This document shows, piece after piece, positions 19,617-29,444 of a stretch of 63,574 bases of DNA. Where the stretch lies: the sequence record SRR22947727_139, one strand, 5' to 3'. A program made the position numbers and the translations under genes. Every line of letters begins with the position of its first letter. Position 1 is the first letter of the stretch. The notes beneath the pieces were generated by a model. The model ran no database searches and was not told the DNA's origin. It worked only from the letters and a program-made list of their open reading frames with translations.

Positions 19617-21290
19617 ATGTTGCAACAAAGCTTAAATTTCTCAGATAATATGACCCTAGATAAAATGGGATCAAGATATCCATCTAGATTAAGTTTTTCT
19701 AGAAGTATGTTGAGAAGATTGTTTTTTGATAATTGGAAAATTTCAAAAGCAAGATTTGATCTTGATGATAATGGTTACGGAACAGTAGTTTATGAGATCA
19801 CAATAAATAATAATATTTACTCACTTGTTTGTTTCTCGCAACATCTAGATAGTGCAGATAGAAGTGATAGAGTAATTGCAGAAAAATGGGATACAGCTTA
19901 TTCTTTAATCAATGGAAAATTAGATGATCAAGAACTTGATAGATTAAGAAAAAATGTACCTCTTCAAGAATCTGGACGCAACTCTTCCAAAGAATTAATT
20001 TTAAGTAGAGCAAATAAAAGTGTTCGTTTATTCGAATATGTTACCGATTGTTTAGCTAATGGGCTGCAACCAGACATTAATGAAATAAATAAAGTCGGCT
20101 ATCTTTTACGAACAACTGCAGTCTATGGAAGTGGGAAATTTGGATTATCTGATTTTGTAAATACAAAAGAAGTTACAGATTTTAATCAACCATTTAGAGC
20201 AGAGATGCTTTCCGTTTATATAATAAGAGAATTTAGTGTTGAGTTAGTTGAGCATGTAGCAAAAAAACTAAATCCTAGTAAAGCAGTCAAGCTTGAGAAT
20301 AAAATTAAACAACATCTTGGCATTGGTAATTCAACAGGCTTAGGTATGGCTCCCTTCATTATTAAACATCCCAAATTAATAAATAAGTGGATGAACCAAT
20401 ACACAGAGTCTCTAAATAAAATATTAAATAAAAATATAGAATCAGAAAAACTTTCTTCTTATTTGCAGTTACTTGAAAAAGCGTTTCTGTATTTAAAAGA
20501 AGTTACAACATTTGATGAATATCAAATAAAAAAAAATACAAAGACTCTTGAAGATTTAAAAATTTATATCAATCATATTATAAATAAAAAAAATCATACA
20601 TTTAATGATTTAACATGGGTGGATTTAATAAAATTCACAACAAACAACTGTAATTACGACACTCAAGAAATTGCCAGCGTTCAGTTATTAGAACTCTATC
20701 CTGAAATTTCTGAAAAATTAGCAGAAGACATGTCCGATGTTGAGGAAATGAAAATAAATGAGTCACAAACATTAAAAGAATTAAACTCTTTAATTGAAAA
20801 AGATTATCAATGGGCTTTAGAAGTTGATTTTTCAAAAAAAGATAATGATTATTTATTTTGGTATATTTCAGCTGCTAAACTTGAGCCAAGATTGGGTGAA
20901 AGATACAATGAAGAAGGTAGTGAGTTAGAACAGCATCTTGGTGTTGCAAAAATGGCCCAAAAGCTGCATTCAAAGATACAAAAAGCAAACTTTGATTTAT
21001 CTGTTGCTGAGTATCTAGTTCTGAATCCAGAATTTAGAGGGATTATAAGAAGAATTCAATCTCTTGAACAATATCCATTTGCAGAAGTTCAAGACAATAT
21101 TTTATCAAAAGAGACAATACCAATCAATATGCTCAGATTTAAATTATCTTTTTTTGGCGCCAATAGGTATGATCCAAAATCAGATAGGTGGCTTCGTGTG
21201 AGTTTTTTTTCGGGAGCACCTTTTCTATCAAATTTAAATGAGCAAAACGTTGATAGCTGGGGATTTGCTACAATGAGTTCTTATCATTAA
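19617..21290 (+). CDS. Hypothetical protein (~560 aa); start 19617 (ATG) or 19581 (GTG)
   Basis: Long ORF with enzyme-like blocks RSDRVIAEKWD, GYLLRTTAVYGSGKFG, GNSTGLGMAPF, EPRLGER; no family with known function recognised. Confidence 0.85.
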   Translation: MLQQSLNFSDNMTLDKMGSRYPSRLSFSRSMLRRLFFDNWKISKARFDLDDNGYGTVVYEITINNNIYSLVCFSQHLDSADRSDRVIAEKWDTAYSLINGKLDDQELDRLRKNVPLQESGRNSSKELILSRANKSVRLFEYVTDCLANGLQPDINEINKVGYLLRTTAVYGSGKFGLSDFVNTKEVTDFNQPFRAEMLSVYIIREFSVELVEHVAKKLNPSKAVKLENKIKQHLGIGNSTGLGMAPFIIKHPKLINKWMNQYTESLNKILNKNIESEKLSSYLQLLEKAFLYLKEVTTFDEYQIKKNTKTLEDLKIYINHIINKKNHTFNDLTWVDLIKFTTNNCNYDTQEIASVQLLELYPEISEKLAEDMSDVEEMKINESQTLKELNSLIEKDYQWALEVDFSKKDNDYLFWYISAAKLEPRLGERYNEEGSELEQHLGVAKMAQKLHSKIQKANFDLSVAEYLVLNPEFRGIIRRIQSLEQYPFAEVQDNILSKETIPINMLRFKLSFFGANRYDPKSDRWLRVSFFSGAPFLSNLNEQNVDSWGFATMSSYH

Positions 21291-21293
21291 TTT

Positions 21294-21971
21294 GTGAGTT
21301 ACTCTTATTATGAAGTCTACACTAATGCTCAACGAGCATTTTCAGGTCTTGGTTTTCCATACGGTGCAGATGAAGATGCTGCATATATAATCAGCTGGTT
21401 AGAAGCATTTGAATTAGAAGGCTTTAACTTATTTTCTAGTGTTCAAAAAAAAATTGATAGTAACTTTAATGGGGCCTTAGATAATAATAAATTATTTAAT
21501 AAAATTAATTTAGAAAAAAGATCCTGTCTCATGGTTGGGCCGGGCTTGATTGATTTTTTAAATTTTCATACTTTAAAGAATAATGAAATTAACATAGAAT
21601 TTCAAAATTGCTCTGATCCTCTTTTTTTGATCCCCCTTTTATACAGAGCTATTAAGAAAAATATTTTTTCAAAAATCATTAATCAAAATAAAATTTACGC
21701 AGTTTTAGGTAAAAATACAATTTTTATTCATGATGATATAAAAAATAATGATTGTGCAAATTTTTTTTTAAACCTGTCTACAAATGAGTACCAGATATCT
21801 AAAGAAATAAATTCTATGGATTATAATATTCTCGACACAAACATATCAATTGGATTAAATCCAGACCAGTCTAGTTGGGATGAGATTTCTGATTTAGCAT
21901 TTAGAACATTTGTTCCAGAGTCAGAAGAGTCTAGAGAAAAAGGCGCTGGTGGAGGCGATGCTAATGATTAA
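21294..21971 (+). CDS. DUF3726-like protein
   Basis: N-terminal RAFSGLGFPYGADEDAA..WLE and C-terminal TFVPESEESREKGAGGGDAND match my recollection of DUF3726; 3 nt after the upstream gene. Confidence 0.7.
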   Translation: MSYSYYEVYTNAQRAFSGLGFPYGADEDAAYIISWLEAFELEGFNLFSSVQKKIDSNFNGALDNNKLFNKINLEKRSCLMVGPGLIDFLNFHTLKNNEINIEFQNCSDPLFLIPLLYRAIKKNIFSKIINQNKIYAVLGKNTIFIHDDIKNNDCANFFLNLSTNEYQISKEINSMDYNILDTNISIGLNPDQSSWDEISDLAFRTFVPESEESREKGAGGGDAND

Positions 21972-21973
21972 AT

Positions 21974-23146
21974 TTAAACAAGATGAAGTTCTCTTGATAA
22001 ATTACATAAAAGCTCACATCCGTTTTCTGTCACATTAATTGATTCACTTACTTCCAAACCCCAAGTATCCATCCACATTCCTGCAATCATATGAAATGTT
22101 ACATTAGGCTGTAATACTGTCATATCATTTTTTCTGATAGACATAGTATGTTCTCCCCAATCAGGAGGATAACCAACTCCTATAGCATACCCAAGACGGG
22201 AGTCTTTTTCGAGACCATACTTTTCTAAGACTGACCAAAAAGCAACTGCAACATCGTTAGCATTATTACCCGGTTTAGTCACCGAGATTGCTTTTTCTAC
22301 TCCCTCATTGGTAATTTTCATTGTATCTGAAGTTTTTGAGTCAGGCTTTCCGCAATAAACCGTTCTAGATAAGGGGCAGTGATATCGATTCTTAACTCCA
22401 GCTAGTTCAATAATAGTTCCCTCATTATTATTAAATAAATTATCTTTGGGTGTTAAATGTGAAGCTGATGCTGAGATACCACTTGCTAAAATAGTTGTTA
22501 AACCTGCATATTCTCCACCTATATTTATTTCTTCATTTCCACCAATTAGACTGTTTTGAATTTTTCCAGCAGCATAACTTTGTTTAACTCCCGGCTTAAT
22601 ATTTTCGTATGCTGTTTTCATTCCTGCTTCAACAAGTTTTGCACCCTCTTTCATATAAGTTATTTCATTTTCAGACTTAATTAATCTTATCCAATTTACC
22701 AAAAGTGTTGCGTCACTAAAATTAACATTAGGACAGGTTGATGTTAATCTAAAATGATTTTCTGCTGTGTAATAATATGCATCCATTTCAACGCCAATAT
22801 TTTTATTTGACCAATTATTCTCATGAATAAAAGATGAAATAAAATCATAAGGATGTGTTGGCGGTGATTGGATAAGATCTTCTGGATAATAAATGATATT
22901 TTTATCTTGAAGGTAAGTTGTGACCTTTGCTCCTTTAGAATCTTGCCTCCTTCCAAACCATATCGGTTCATCCAACTCTAACGCGACAATTATGCCCTGA
23001 GGAACATAAAAAGACCAACCGTCATAACCTGTTAAATAATGCATGTTTGATGGATCAGTAAGGATGATTACATCCATATTTTTTTGATCCATTGATTTTT
23101 TAACTTTTGCTAATCTCGATAAATATTCTTCTCTAGAAAAAATCAT
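21974..23146 (-). CDS. doeA: Ectoine hydrolase (DoeA/EutD, M24 fold)
   Basis: FSREEY..R, DPSNMHYLTGYDGWSFYVPQ, LVNW, RYHCPLSRT, GYPPDWGE. Confidence 0.88.
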   Translation of the reverse strand: MIFSREEYLSRLAKVKKSMDQKNMDVIILTDPSNMHYLTGYDGWSFYVPQGIIVALELDEPIWFGRRQDSKGAKVTTYLQDKNIIYYPEDLIQSPPTHPYDFISSFIHENNWSNKNIGVEMDAYYYTAENHFRLTSTCPNVNFSDATLLVNWIRLIKSENEITYMKEGAKLVEAGMKTAYENIKPGVKQSYAAGKIQNSLIGGNEEINIGGEYAGLTTILASGISASASHLTPKDNLFNNNEGTIIELAGVKNRYHCPLSRTVYCGKPDSKTSDTMKITNEGVEKAISVTKPGNNANDVAVAFWSVLEKYGLEKDSRLGYAIGVGYPPDWGEHTMSIRKNDMTVLQPNVTFHMIAGMWMDTWGLEVSESINVTENGCELLCNLSRELHLV

Positions 23147-23223
23147 AGATAATTGTTTAATACGAAAAAAAAATATTGTCTAAACTAATTAAATTAAATT
23201 TTGGAAAAGATAAATAATTTTAA

Positions 23224-23790
23224 CTAGCTACCTTTTATTTCGTATCCAAATTGAGAGGCTGACTCAAGTAAAATTTCCCAAATAGACAAAGCAAAACCTC
23301 TAGGGATAAAAAGTTTAAATTCATTTTTATTGATTCTAAAGAGTTTAACACTCACATGATGAATTGCAGAGCTTGCTGAAGTGTTTAGTGGAAAATTATC
23401 TAAGCCAAGATCAAGTGGTAAGTGTCTATTCAATAAAACATCACTTTTTTCACCATCAATCGTTAAAGACGTAAAGGCATGTGATAGTTCAAGAGATGTG
23501 CCTAAATTTTCTGGAACTTCAATTGTGCTCCCTAATAACCACCATTTTGAAGGCTCCATTCTCCATAATGAATTATCTTTAAGAATTTCCCCTTTGTTAA
23601 AATCAATATTTTTTTGAACTCCTAATTGATCAGAAAAAAAAGTTTCTATATTTGACATTTCTTCAGGCCATGCAGCAATTTGCTGAATAATAAGATTGCA
23701 GTTTTCAGAAAATATAATTTCAATGTTGTCTTCAAAAGGATATTTCCCAATATTATACTTTTCTGTAATGGCTGAGTTTCTATTAAGCAT
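23224..23790 (-). CDS. soxG: Sarcosine oxidase gamma subunit; likely start 23790
   Basis: Last gene of the BDAG block; ELSHA, LPLDL, PRGFALSIWEIL..A..FG. Confidence 0.8.
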   Translation of the reverse strand: MLNRNSAITEKYNIGKYPFEDNIEIIFSENCNLIIQQIAAWPEEMSNIETFFSDQLGVQKNIDFNKGEILKDNSLWRMEPSKWWLLGSTIEVPENLGTSLELSHAFTSLTIDGEKSDVLLNRHLPLDLGLDNFPLNTSASSAIHHVSVKLFRINKNEFKLFIPRGFALSIWEILLESASQFGYEIKGS

Positions 23791-26740
23791 ACATTCTCTT
23801 ACCTTCTGGATCAATCATATGAGGTGACACAACTTTTATTTCCATTTGTTTATCTCTTACTGGGTCAGCACCTACTAATGTAATATCTTTCCATTTATCA
23901 AGGCCTCCTTTTACAAACCCAATTCCAATCCAATGACCTAACTCAGGAGAATGCGTCACAGATGTTATACGTCCCACTCCTTGGCCTTCAATTTGATTTT
24001 TTTCACAAACAATTGTTCCGGCATTAAAAGTTTCTTTTTCATTTATTGGGAAAAACCCTACTAACATCTCTCTATCATTTGCGCTCAGAACTCCTCTTTT
24101 TCGCATAGCACTTCCAATATAAGATTTTTTTGTGGATGCCATTTTTCCTAACCCTGCATCATCAATTGTTACTCTACCATCAAGCTCTGCTGCAGTTACA
24201 TGACCTTTCTCAACTCTTAATGCGCCAAGAGCTTCTAAGCCATACAAACAACCTTCATACTTTTGTGCGTTTTCCCATAATATATTCATCATGCCATGAG
24301 CATAATCTGACTCAATATACATTTCATAAGCAAGCTCACCTGAAAAGCTTATCCTAACAACTCTGCAAGGTGTACCATCTTTAAGTTTAGTTTGTAAGAC
24401 ACCCATGAAAGGTAAATTTTCATTTGTGATTTCATTTGGATCAAAAACACACTCATTTAATACATCTCGTGATTTAGGTCCTGCTATTGCTGCACCCGCC
24501 CATTGTTCTGATACACTTGTTACATTAACTTTTAAGTCTATCCATCGTGTTTGTAATAACTCTTCAAGAAAGGACATAACTTTTGCAGCTGCAGCAGTTG
24601 AAGTTGTCATGAAGTACTCATTTTCACCAAGTCGCCATGAAGTACCGTCATCCATTACAATGCCATCATCCCTTAACATAATACCATAACGCGCTTTACC
24701 TATAGGAAGTTTTGCAAATGGGTTTGTGTAGATACGATTTACTAGTTCTGTTGCATCAGGCCCTTGAATAGAAATTTTACCCAATGATGTAACATCACAA
24801 ATACCAACTGTTTTTCTAACTATTGTAGCTTCTCTTATGTAGGAGTCACTCAATGTTTCATTATTTTGCGGATAGTACCAAGGTCTTTGGTACAAACCAA
24901 CATCAATCATCTTAGCTCCGTGATTAATATTCCATTGATGCATTGGTGTAACTCTTAAAGGTCTAAAATGTTTATCAACATTTCTACCAGTTAAAGCACC
25001 TATTGGCACTGGAGTATACGGTGGTCGAAAAACTGTAGTACCAACTTCTGGTATAGTTTTATCTAATTGTTCAGCCATCAATGATAGGCCAATTATATTA
25101 CCCATCTTGCCTTGATCATTAGCCATACCTAGAGTTGTATATCGTTTTAAATGCTCAACAGAAACAAAGCCTTCTCTGTGGGCTAATCTTACATCATCAG
25201 CAGTTACATCATGTTGAAAATCAATAAAACTCTTAGATGGAAATTTATTTGATTTAACTTCATAAAGAGCATTTATAGGATTTGACCAACCGCCAACTGA
25301 TGGAAAAGAAATTTCTTTTTTATCAATACTAAGAGTATTTATTGCTTCATTAGCTCCAACAATACCAGATTCTTCACAATCATCAGTATTCCAAATACCT
25401 CTCGCCGAACCCACAACTGTAATATTTTCCTTGATATCTCCTGGAACAAAGCAAAGATTATCTTCATTCCATACTGGCTTTATTCCTCGATGGGAAACTA
25501 GGTGAACTATTGGGGACCAACCACCAGAAACAAGAACTTGATCACAAATAATTGTATTTTTATGAGTTTTATCATTAACTTTACAAACATCGAGACTCTC
25601 AATTTTTTTACTACCATTAATACTAAAAGGTAAAGTTTCTAAATGAAGTTCTATCTCTTTAGGTAAGTCTATGTTTATGTCTTTTCTTGAATCTAAAATA
25701 GTGACTTTTGAGCCAGCTTCATGAAGCTCAATTGCTGTTTGATAAACTGAGTCATTATTTGTTGTAATAACAATATTATTTCCAGTTAAAACTCCATATC
25801 TATTTAAATAATGTCTTGCAGCATTTGCTGTCATCACGCCTGGAATATCATTATTGTTGAAAGCAATATGACGTTCTAGAGCTCCACTTGCTAATATAAT
25901 ATGCTTTGCTCTGATTGTTCTAAAACGTTGACGCGGTAAAGAAGTGTTTGGGTTAGATATATGATCTGTCACTCTCTCTAATGCCCCAACCACAGTGTTA
26001 TCATAAACGCCAAATGCTGTTGTTCTAGACATCACTCTTATACCGTTACTTTCTAATTGTTTTTGCAAAAGACTTGGGTCAAATTCTTTGTCAGCTAAGT
26101 TGTTTCCTCCTAACAATGAATCTTGTTCAATTAAAATAACATTTAAATTTTGATTAGCTGCTTCTCTTGCAGCAGCAACACCTGCAGGACCAGACCCAAC
26201 AACAAGTACATCACAAAAATCATTAGCATGTTCATAACTATCTGGATCAGGTTCTCTTGAGGCTTTGCCCATCCCTGCTGCTTTTCGAATAATTTTTTCA
26301 AAAACCATCCAGATACCAGTACCCCTACCCCATTCAAAGGGAGGTAAACCCATGAACGTTTTATAATAAAAACCAGCAGCAAAAAAACGGCCGAGATAAT
26401 TATTAATACCGCCGAAATCAAAATTTACACTTGGAAAAGCATTTTGCCCATTAGCATCTAATCCATCATATAGCTCTTGCGTAGTTGCGCGAATATTCGG
26501 ATCTCTTTTACTTCCAGATCCAACAGTGACAAGAGCACCTGACTCTTCAACACCGCAAGACATAATACCACGTGGACGATGATATTTAAAACTTCTACCA
26601 ACTATTCTGATATCATTAGCTAAGAGTGCAGAAGCTAGAGAGTCGCCCTCATAGCCAGAATACTCTTTATTATCCCAAGTAAATAGAATACGTTTATCTC
26701 TATTAATTTTACCATAATTTTTTTTTCTTAAAGATGTCAT
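23783..26740 (-). CDS. soxA: Sarcosine oxidase alpha subunit family
   Basis: GRSFKYHRPRG, AGFYYKTFM, GSGPAG, SVEHLKRYTT.GM..DQGK, GcvT-like C-terminus (RISFSGELAYE). Confidence 0.93.
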   Translation of the reverse strand: MTSLRKKNYGKINRDKRILFTWDNKEYSGYEGDSLASALLANDIRIVGRSFKYHRPRGIMSCGVEESGALVTVGSGSKRDPNIRATTQELYDGLDANGQNAFPSVNFDFGGINNYLGRFFAAGFYYKTFMGLPPFEWGRGTGIWMVFEKIIRKAAGMGKASREPDPDSYEHANDFCDVLVVGSGPAGVAAAREAANQNLNVILIEQDSLLGGNNLADKEFDPSLLQKQLESNGIRVMSRTTAFGVYDNTVVGALERVTDHISNPNTSLPRQRFRTIRAKHIILASGALERHIAFNNNDIPGVMTANAARHYLNRYGVLTGNNIVITTNNDSVYQTAIELHEAGSKVTILDSRKDINIDLPKEIELHLETLPFSINGSKKIESLDVCKVNDKTHKNTIICDQVLVSGGWSPIVHLVSHRGIKPVWNEDNLCFVPGDIKENITVVGSARGIWNTDDCEESGIVGANEAINTLSIDKKEISFPSVGGWSNPINALYEVKSNKFPSKSFIDFQHDVTADDVRLAHREGFVSVEHLKRYTTLGMANDQGKMGNIIGLSLMAEQLDKTIPEVGTTVFRPPYTPVPIGALTGRNVDKHFRPLRVTPMHQWNINHGAKMIDVGLYQRPWYYPQNNETLSDSYIREATIVRKTVGICDVTSLGKISIQGPDATELVNRIYTNPFAKLPIGKARYGIMLRDDGIVMDDGTSWRLGENEYFMTTSTAAAAKVMSFLEELLQTRWIDLKVNVTSVSEQWAGAAIAGPKSRDVLNECVFDPNEITNENLPFMGVLQTKLKDGTPCRVVRISFSGELAYEMYIESDYAHGMMNILWENAQKYEGCLYGLEALGALRVEKGHVTAAELDGRVTIDDAGLGKMASTKKSYIGSAMRKRGVLSANDREMLVGFFPINEKETFNAGTIVCEKNQIEGQGVGRITSVTHSPELGHWIGIGFVKGGLDKWKDITLVGADPVRDKQMEIKVVSPHMIDPEGKRMYA

Positions 26741-27021
26741 GATTTATTTTTTGTAATTTTATCAATTTGTGGATGGCAAGCTTTAACGCTTTTAATCTCA
26801 TGGGTAATTGTAGATCTCTCTACTTCTAACCAAAGTCTACATCCATTAGTATGATGCCAAGTTTCTTTTTGAATACCTCTTATATTTTCGCGAAAGAAAA
26901 TAGCCTTTGTCCACTCTGATACAGATGCATCAAGCGAAGGATATTCTATGGAGGCGTCACCACCATAAGTGAACTCACTATGATCTCTCTCACCACAATA
27001 TGGACATTTAATTCTAATCAT
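26737..27021 (-). CDS. soxD: Sarcosine oxidase delta subunit; start 27021
   Basis: CPYCGER..EF.YGG, WHH..GC zinc motif. Confidence 0.92.
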   Translation of the reverse strand: MIRIKCPYCGERDHSEFTYGGDASIEYPSLDASVSEWTKAIFFRENIRGIQKETWHHTNGCRLWLEVERSTITHEIKSVKACHPQIDKITKNKS

Positions 27022-27022
27022 A

Positions 27023-28288
27023 TCAGCCGTGCAACTTTGGATCTGGACCAGCACCCCGCTCGTCAATGTTAATTCCTTTTTCAAATCTCTCTAGATTATG
27101 ATTTTGAACATTTTTATGAGGCTGCTCATTTGCAATAAGATCTGCAAAATACCAACCAGACGCAGGACTTGCTTTGAAGCCCCCATAATTCCAGCCAGCA
27201 TTGAGATATAAATTGGATAGAGGAGTTTTACATATAAAAAATGAACCATCCATTGACATATCCATAACTCCAGCCCAATGTCGGAGCAGTCTTATTCTTC
27301 CTAAACAAGGCATAATAGCCATAGCAGCTTCCGCAGAATCCTGAACCATAGGTAGATTCCCTCTTTGAGCATAAGATTTATACCAATCTAAATCACCACC
27401 AAAAACCATACTTCCTTTATCTGATTGAGAAATATAAAAATGTGCACCTCCTACACCGTAAACAACTACTTGATCCAACAGAGGTTTAATAGATTCAGTA
27501 ACAAAAGCTTGGAGTTTATGAGACTCAATTGGTAAATTACCAAGTCCAGCCATTTGCCATAAAAGAGAAGTATGTCCGGCCACAGCAAAACCTACTTTCT
27601 TAGCTTTCATTGCTCCTCTTGAAGTCTCTATACTTTCAATATTATTTTGTGATCGTTTCACACCTGTCACTTCACAATTTTGTAGAATATCTACACCTAA
27701 ACTATCTGCCGCCCTCGCAAATCCCCATACTGTAGAGTCATGTCTTGCATTGCCAGCTCTTTTTTGAACTGCTGCTCCTAAAATTGGAAAACGTGAATTA
27801 TTATAATTTAAATGAGGAATATTGTTTTTCAAAGTGTCCAAATCCCATAACTCACCATCAGTTCCATGGAGGCGCATTATATTATATCTCCGCGCAGCTC
27901 CGTCTCTTGCGCTCGGACTATGAAATAATGATACATGCGCTCTTTGACTAAACATCACATTATAATTTAAATCATGACTTAAATTTTCCCATAATTTTAA
28001 TGAATGTTCATAAAATTCATGGTTACCGGGCATCATGTAATTTGAACGAACTATTGTTGTATTTCGTCCAGCATTTCCTCCACCAATCCAACCTTTTTCC
28101 AAAACTGCTATATTTTTTTTATTATGATTTTTTGCAAGATAATAAGCAGTGGCTAAACCATGAAGGCCACCGCCAACAATTATTATGTCATATTCTTTTT
28201 TTGGTTCAGGATCACGCCATTGTCTATCCCAATTTTTTTGACCAGTAAAACCATTTTTGAATACATTCCATGCATTAAAACGAGTCAT
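27023..28288 (-). CDS. soxB: Sarcosine oxidase beta subunit family
   Basis: GGGLHGLATAYYLA, GGNAGRNTTIVRSNY, ARHD, YISQSDKG, GGFKA. Confidence 0.93.
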   Translation of the reverse strand: MTRFNAWNVFKNGFTGQKNWDRQWRDPEPKKEYDIIIVGGGLHGLATAYYLAKNHNKKNIAVLEKGWIGGGNAGRNTTIVRSNYMMPGNHEFYEHSLKLWENLSHDLNYNVMFSQRAHVSLFHSPSARDGAARRYNIMRLHGTDGELWDLDTLKNNIPHLNYNNSRFPILGAAVQKRAGNARHDSTVWGFARAADSLGVDILQNCEVTGVKRSQNNIESIETSRGAMKAKKVGFAVAGHTSLLWQMAGLGNLPIESHKLQAFVTESIKPLLDQVVVYGVGGAHFYISQSDKGSMVFGGDLDWYKSYAQRGNLPMVQDSAEAAMAIMPCLGRIRLLRHWAGVMDMSMDGSFFICKTPLSNLYLNAGWNYGGFKASPASGWYFADLIANEQPHKNVQNHNLERFEKGINIDERGAGPDPKLHG

Positions 28289-28328
28289 AAAAATCCTATA
28301 TCCTCATATATTTAGACCAAAATAATAA

Positions 28329-28345
28329 GTTTCAAATTTTGAAAC
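28329..28345. promoter_or_regulatory. Palindromic putative operator between divergent soxB and the Ldh_2 gene
   Basis: GTTTCAAA-T-TTTGAAAC, perfect 8-bp arms. Confidence 0.6.
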
Positions 28346-28436
28346 AAATTTAATAATAGATATATCTTTAGCCATTTAATACTGGTTGTAAATGCGCTAT
28401 AAATAGACACATTAGCTTAAATTTAGAAAGAATATT

Positions 28437-29438
28437 ATGACAACTACTGACCTATCCCTTACGGAAATATACGATCTAGCCATAAAAACATTGAAATTTA
28501 ATGGATGCGATCAACTTAATGCAGAGGCTGTTGCACACACAGTAACAAATGCTGAAAGAGATGGTAGTGTATCGCACGGTCTTTTTAGAATTCCAGGATA
28601 TATTGCTGCATTAAAAAGTAAAAAAGTAAAAGGTAATGCAAGACCTAAAAATAACTTTTTAACTCAAAATGCAATAAGGGTGGAAGGTGATTATGGTTTT
28701 GCACCGACGGCTATAGGTGTTGGTATTCCTGCATTAGTAGATGTTACAAAAAAACATGGTGTTGGAGTTCTTACTCTTACAAACATACATCACTTTGCCG
28801 CCTTATGGCATGAGACTGAAGCATTAGCAGAAAATGAACTAATTGGGATTGCTTGTACAGCTTATAAGCCAAGTGTTGCACCTGCAGGTGCAAAAAAACC
28901 ATTGTTTGGAACTAATCCAATTTCATTTGCATGGCCAAGAAAAAATAATACTCCTGTAGTTTATGATATGGCAACTTCCACCATGGCAATGGGTGAAGTA
29001 CAAGTAGCAGCTAGAGATGGTCATAAAGTTCCTTATGGTACAGGTTTAAATAAAGATGGTGAAAAAACAGACAATCCATCAGAAATTGCTAACGGTGGTG
29101 TCTTATTGACTTTTGGTGATTACAAGGGCTCTGCTATTGCTATGATGATTGAATTATTGGCTGCTGGATTAGTGGGTGATTTATTTAGCTTTGAGGCTAA
29201 AGAAGCAGATAATAGTGACGGAGGTCCTGCAAGAGGTGGTGAATTTATTTTGGCTTTATCTCCAGAATTAATTGCAGGTCAAAATTGGAATGAGCATGCA
29301 GATAAATTTTTTGAACAAATGAAATCACTTGAAGGTGTTAGACTTCCTGGAGAAAGAAGACATAAAAACCGTTTAGACACTGGCTCTCGAAGTATTAATA
29401 CTGAATTAGTAAATAAAATTATTTCTTTATCAGAATAA
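28437..29438 (+). CDS. Ldh_2 family oxidoreductase (DpkA/ComC-like; pyrroline-2-carboxylate or sulfolactate type)
   Basis: AERDGSVSHGLFR, HHFAALW, FGTNPISF, DMATS, YKGSAIAMM, RLPG. Confidence 0.88.
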   Translation: MTTTDLSLTEIYDLAIKTLKFNGCDQLNAEAVAHTVTNAERDGSVSHGLFRIPGYIAALKSKKVKGNARPKNNFLTQNAIRVEGDYGFAPTAIGVGIPALVDVTKKHGVGVLTLTNIHHFAALWHETEALAENELIGIACTAYKPSVAPAGAKKPLFGTNPISFAWPRKNNTPVVYDMATSTMAMGEVQVAARDGHKVPYGTGLNKDGEKTDNPSEIANGGVLLTFGDYKGSAIAMMIELLAAGLVGDLFSFEAKEADNSDGGPARGGEFILALSPELIAGQNWNEHADKFFEQMKSLEGVRLPGERRHKNRLDTGSRSINTELVNKIISLSE

Positions 29439-29444
29439 TTTTAA

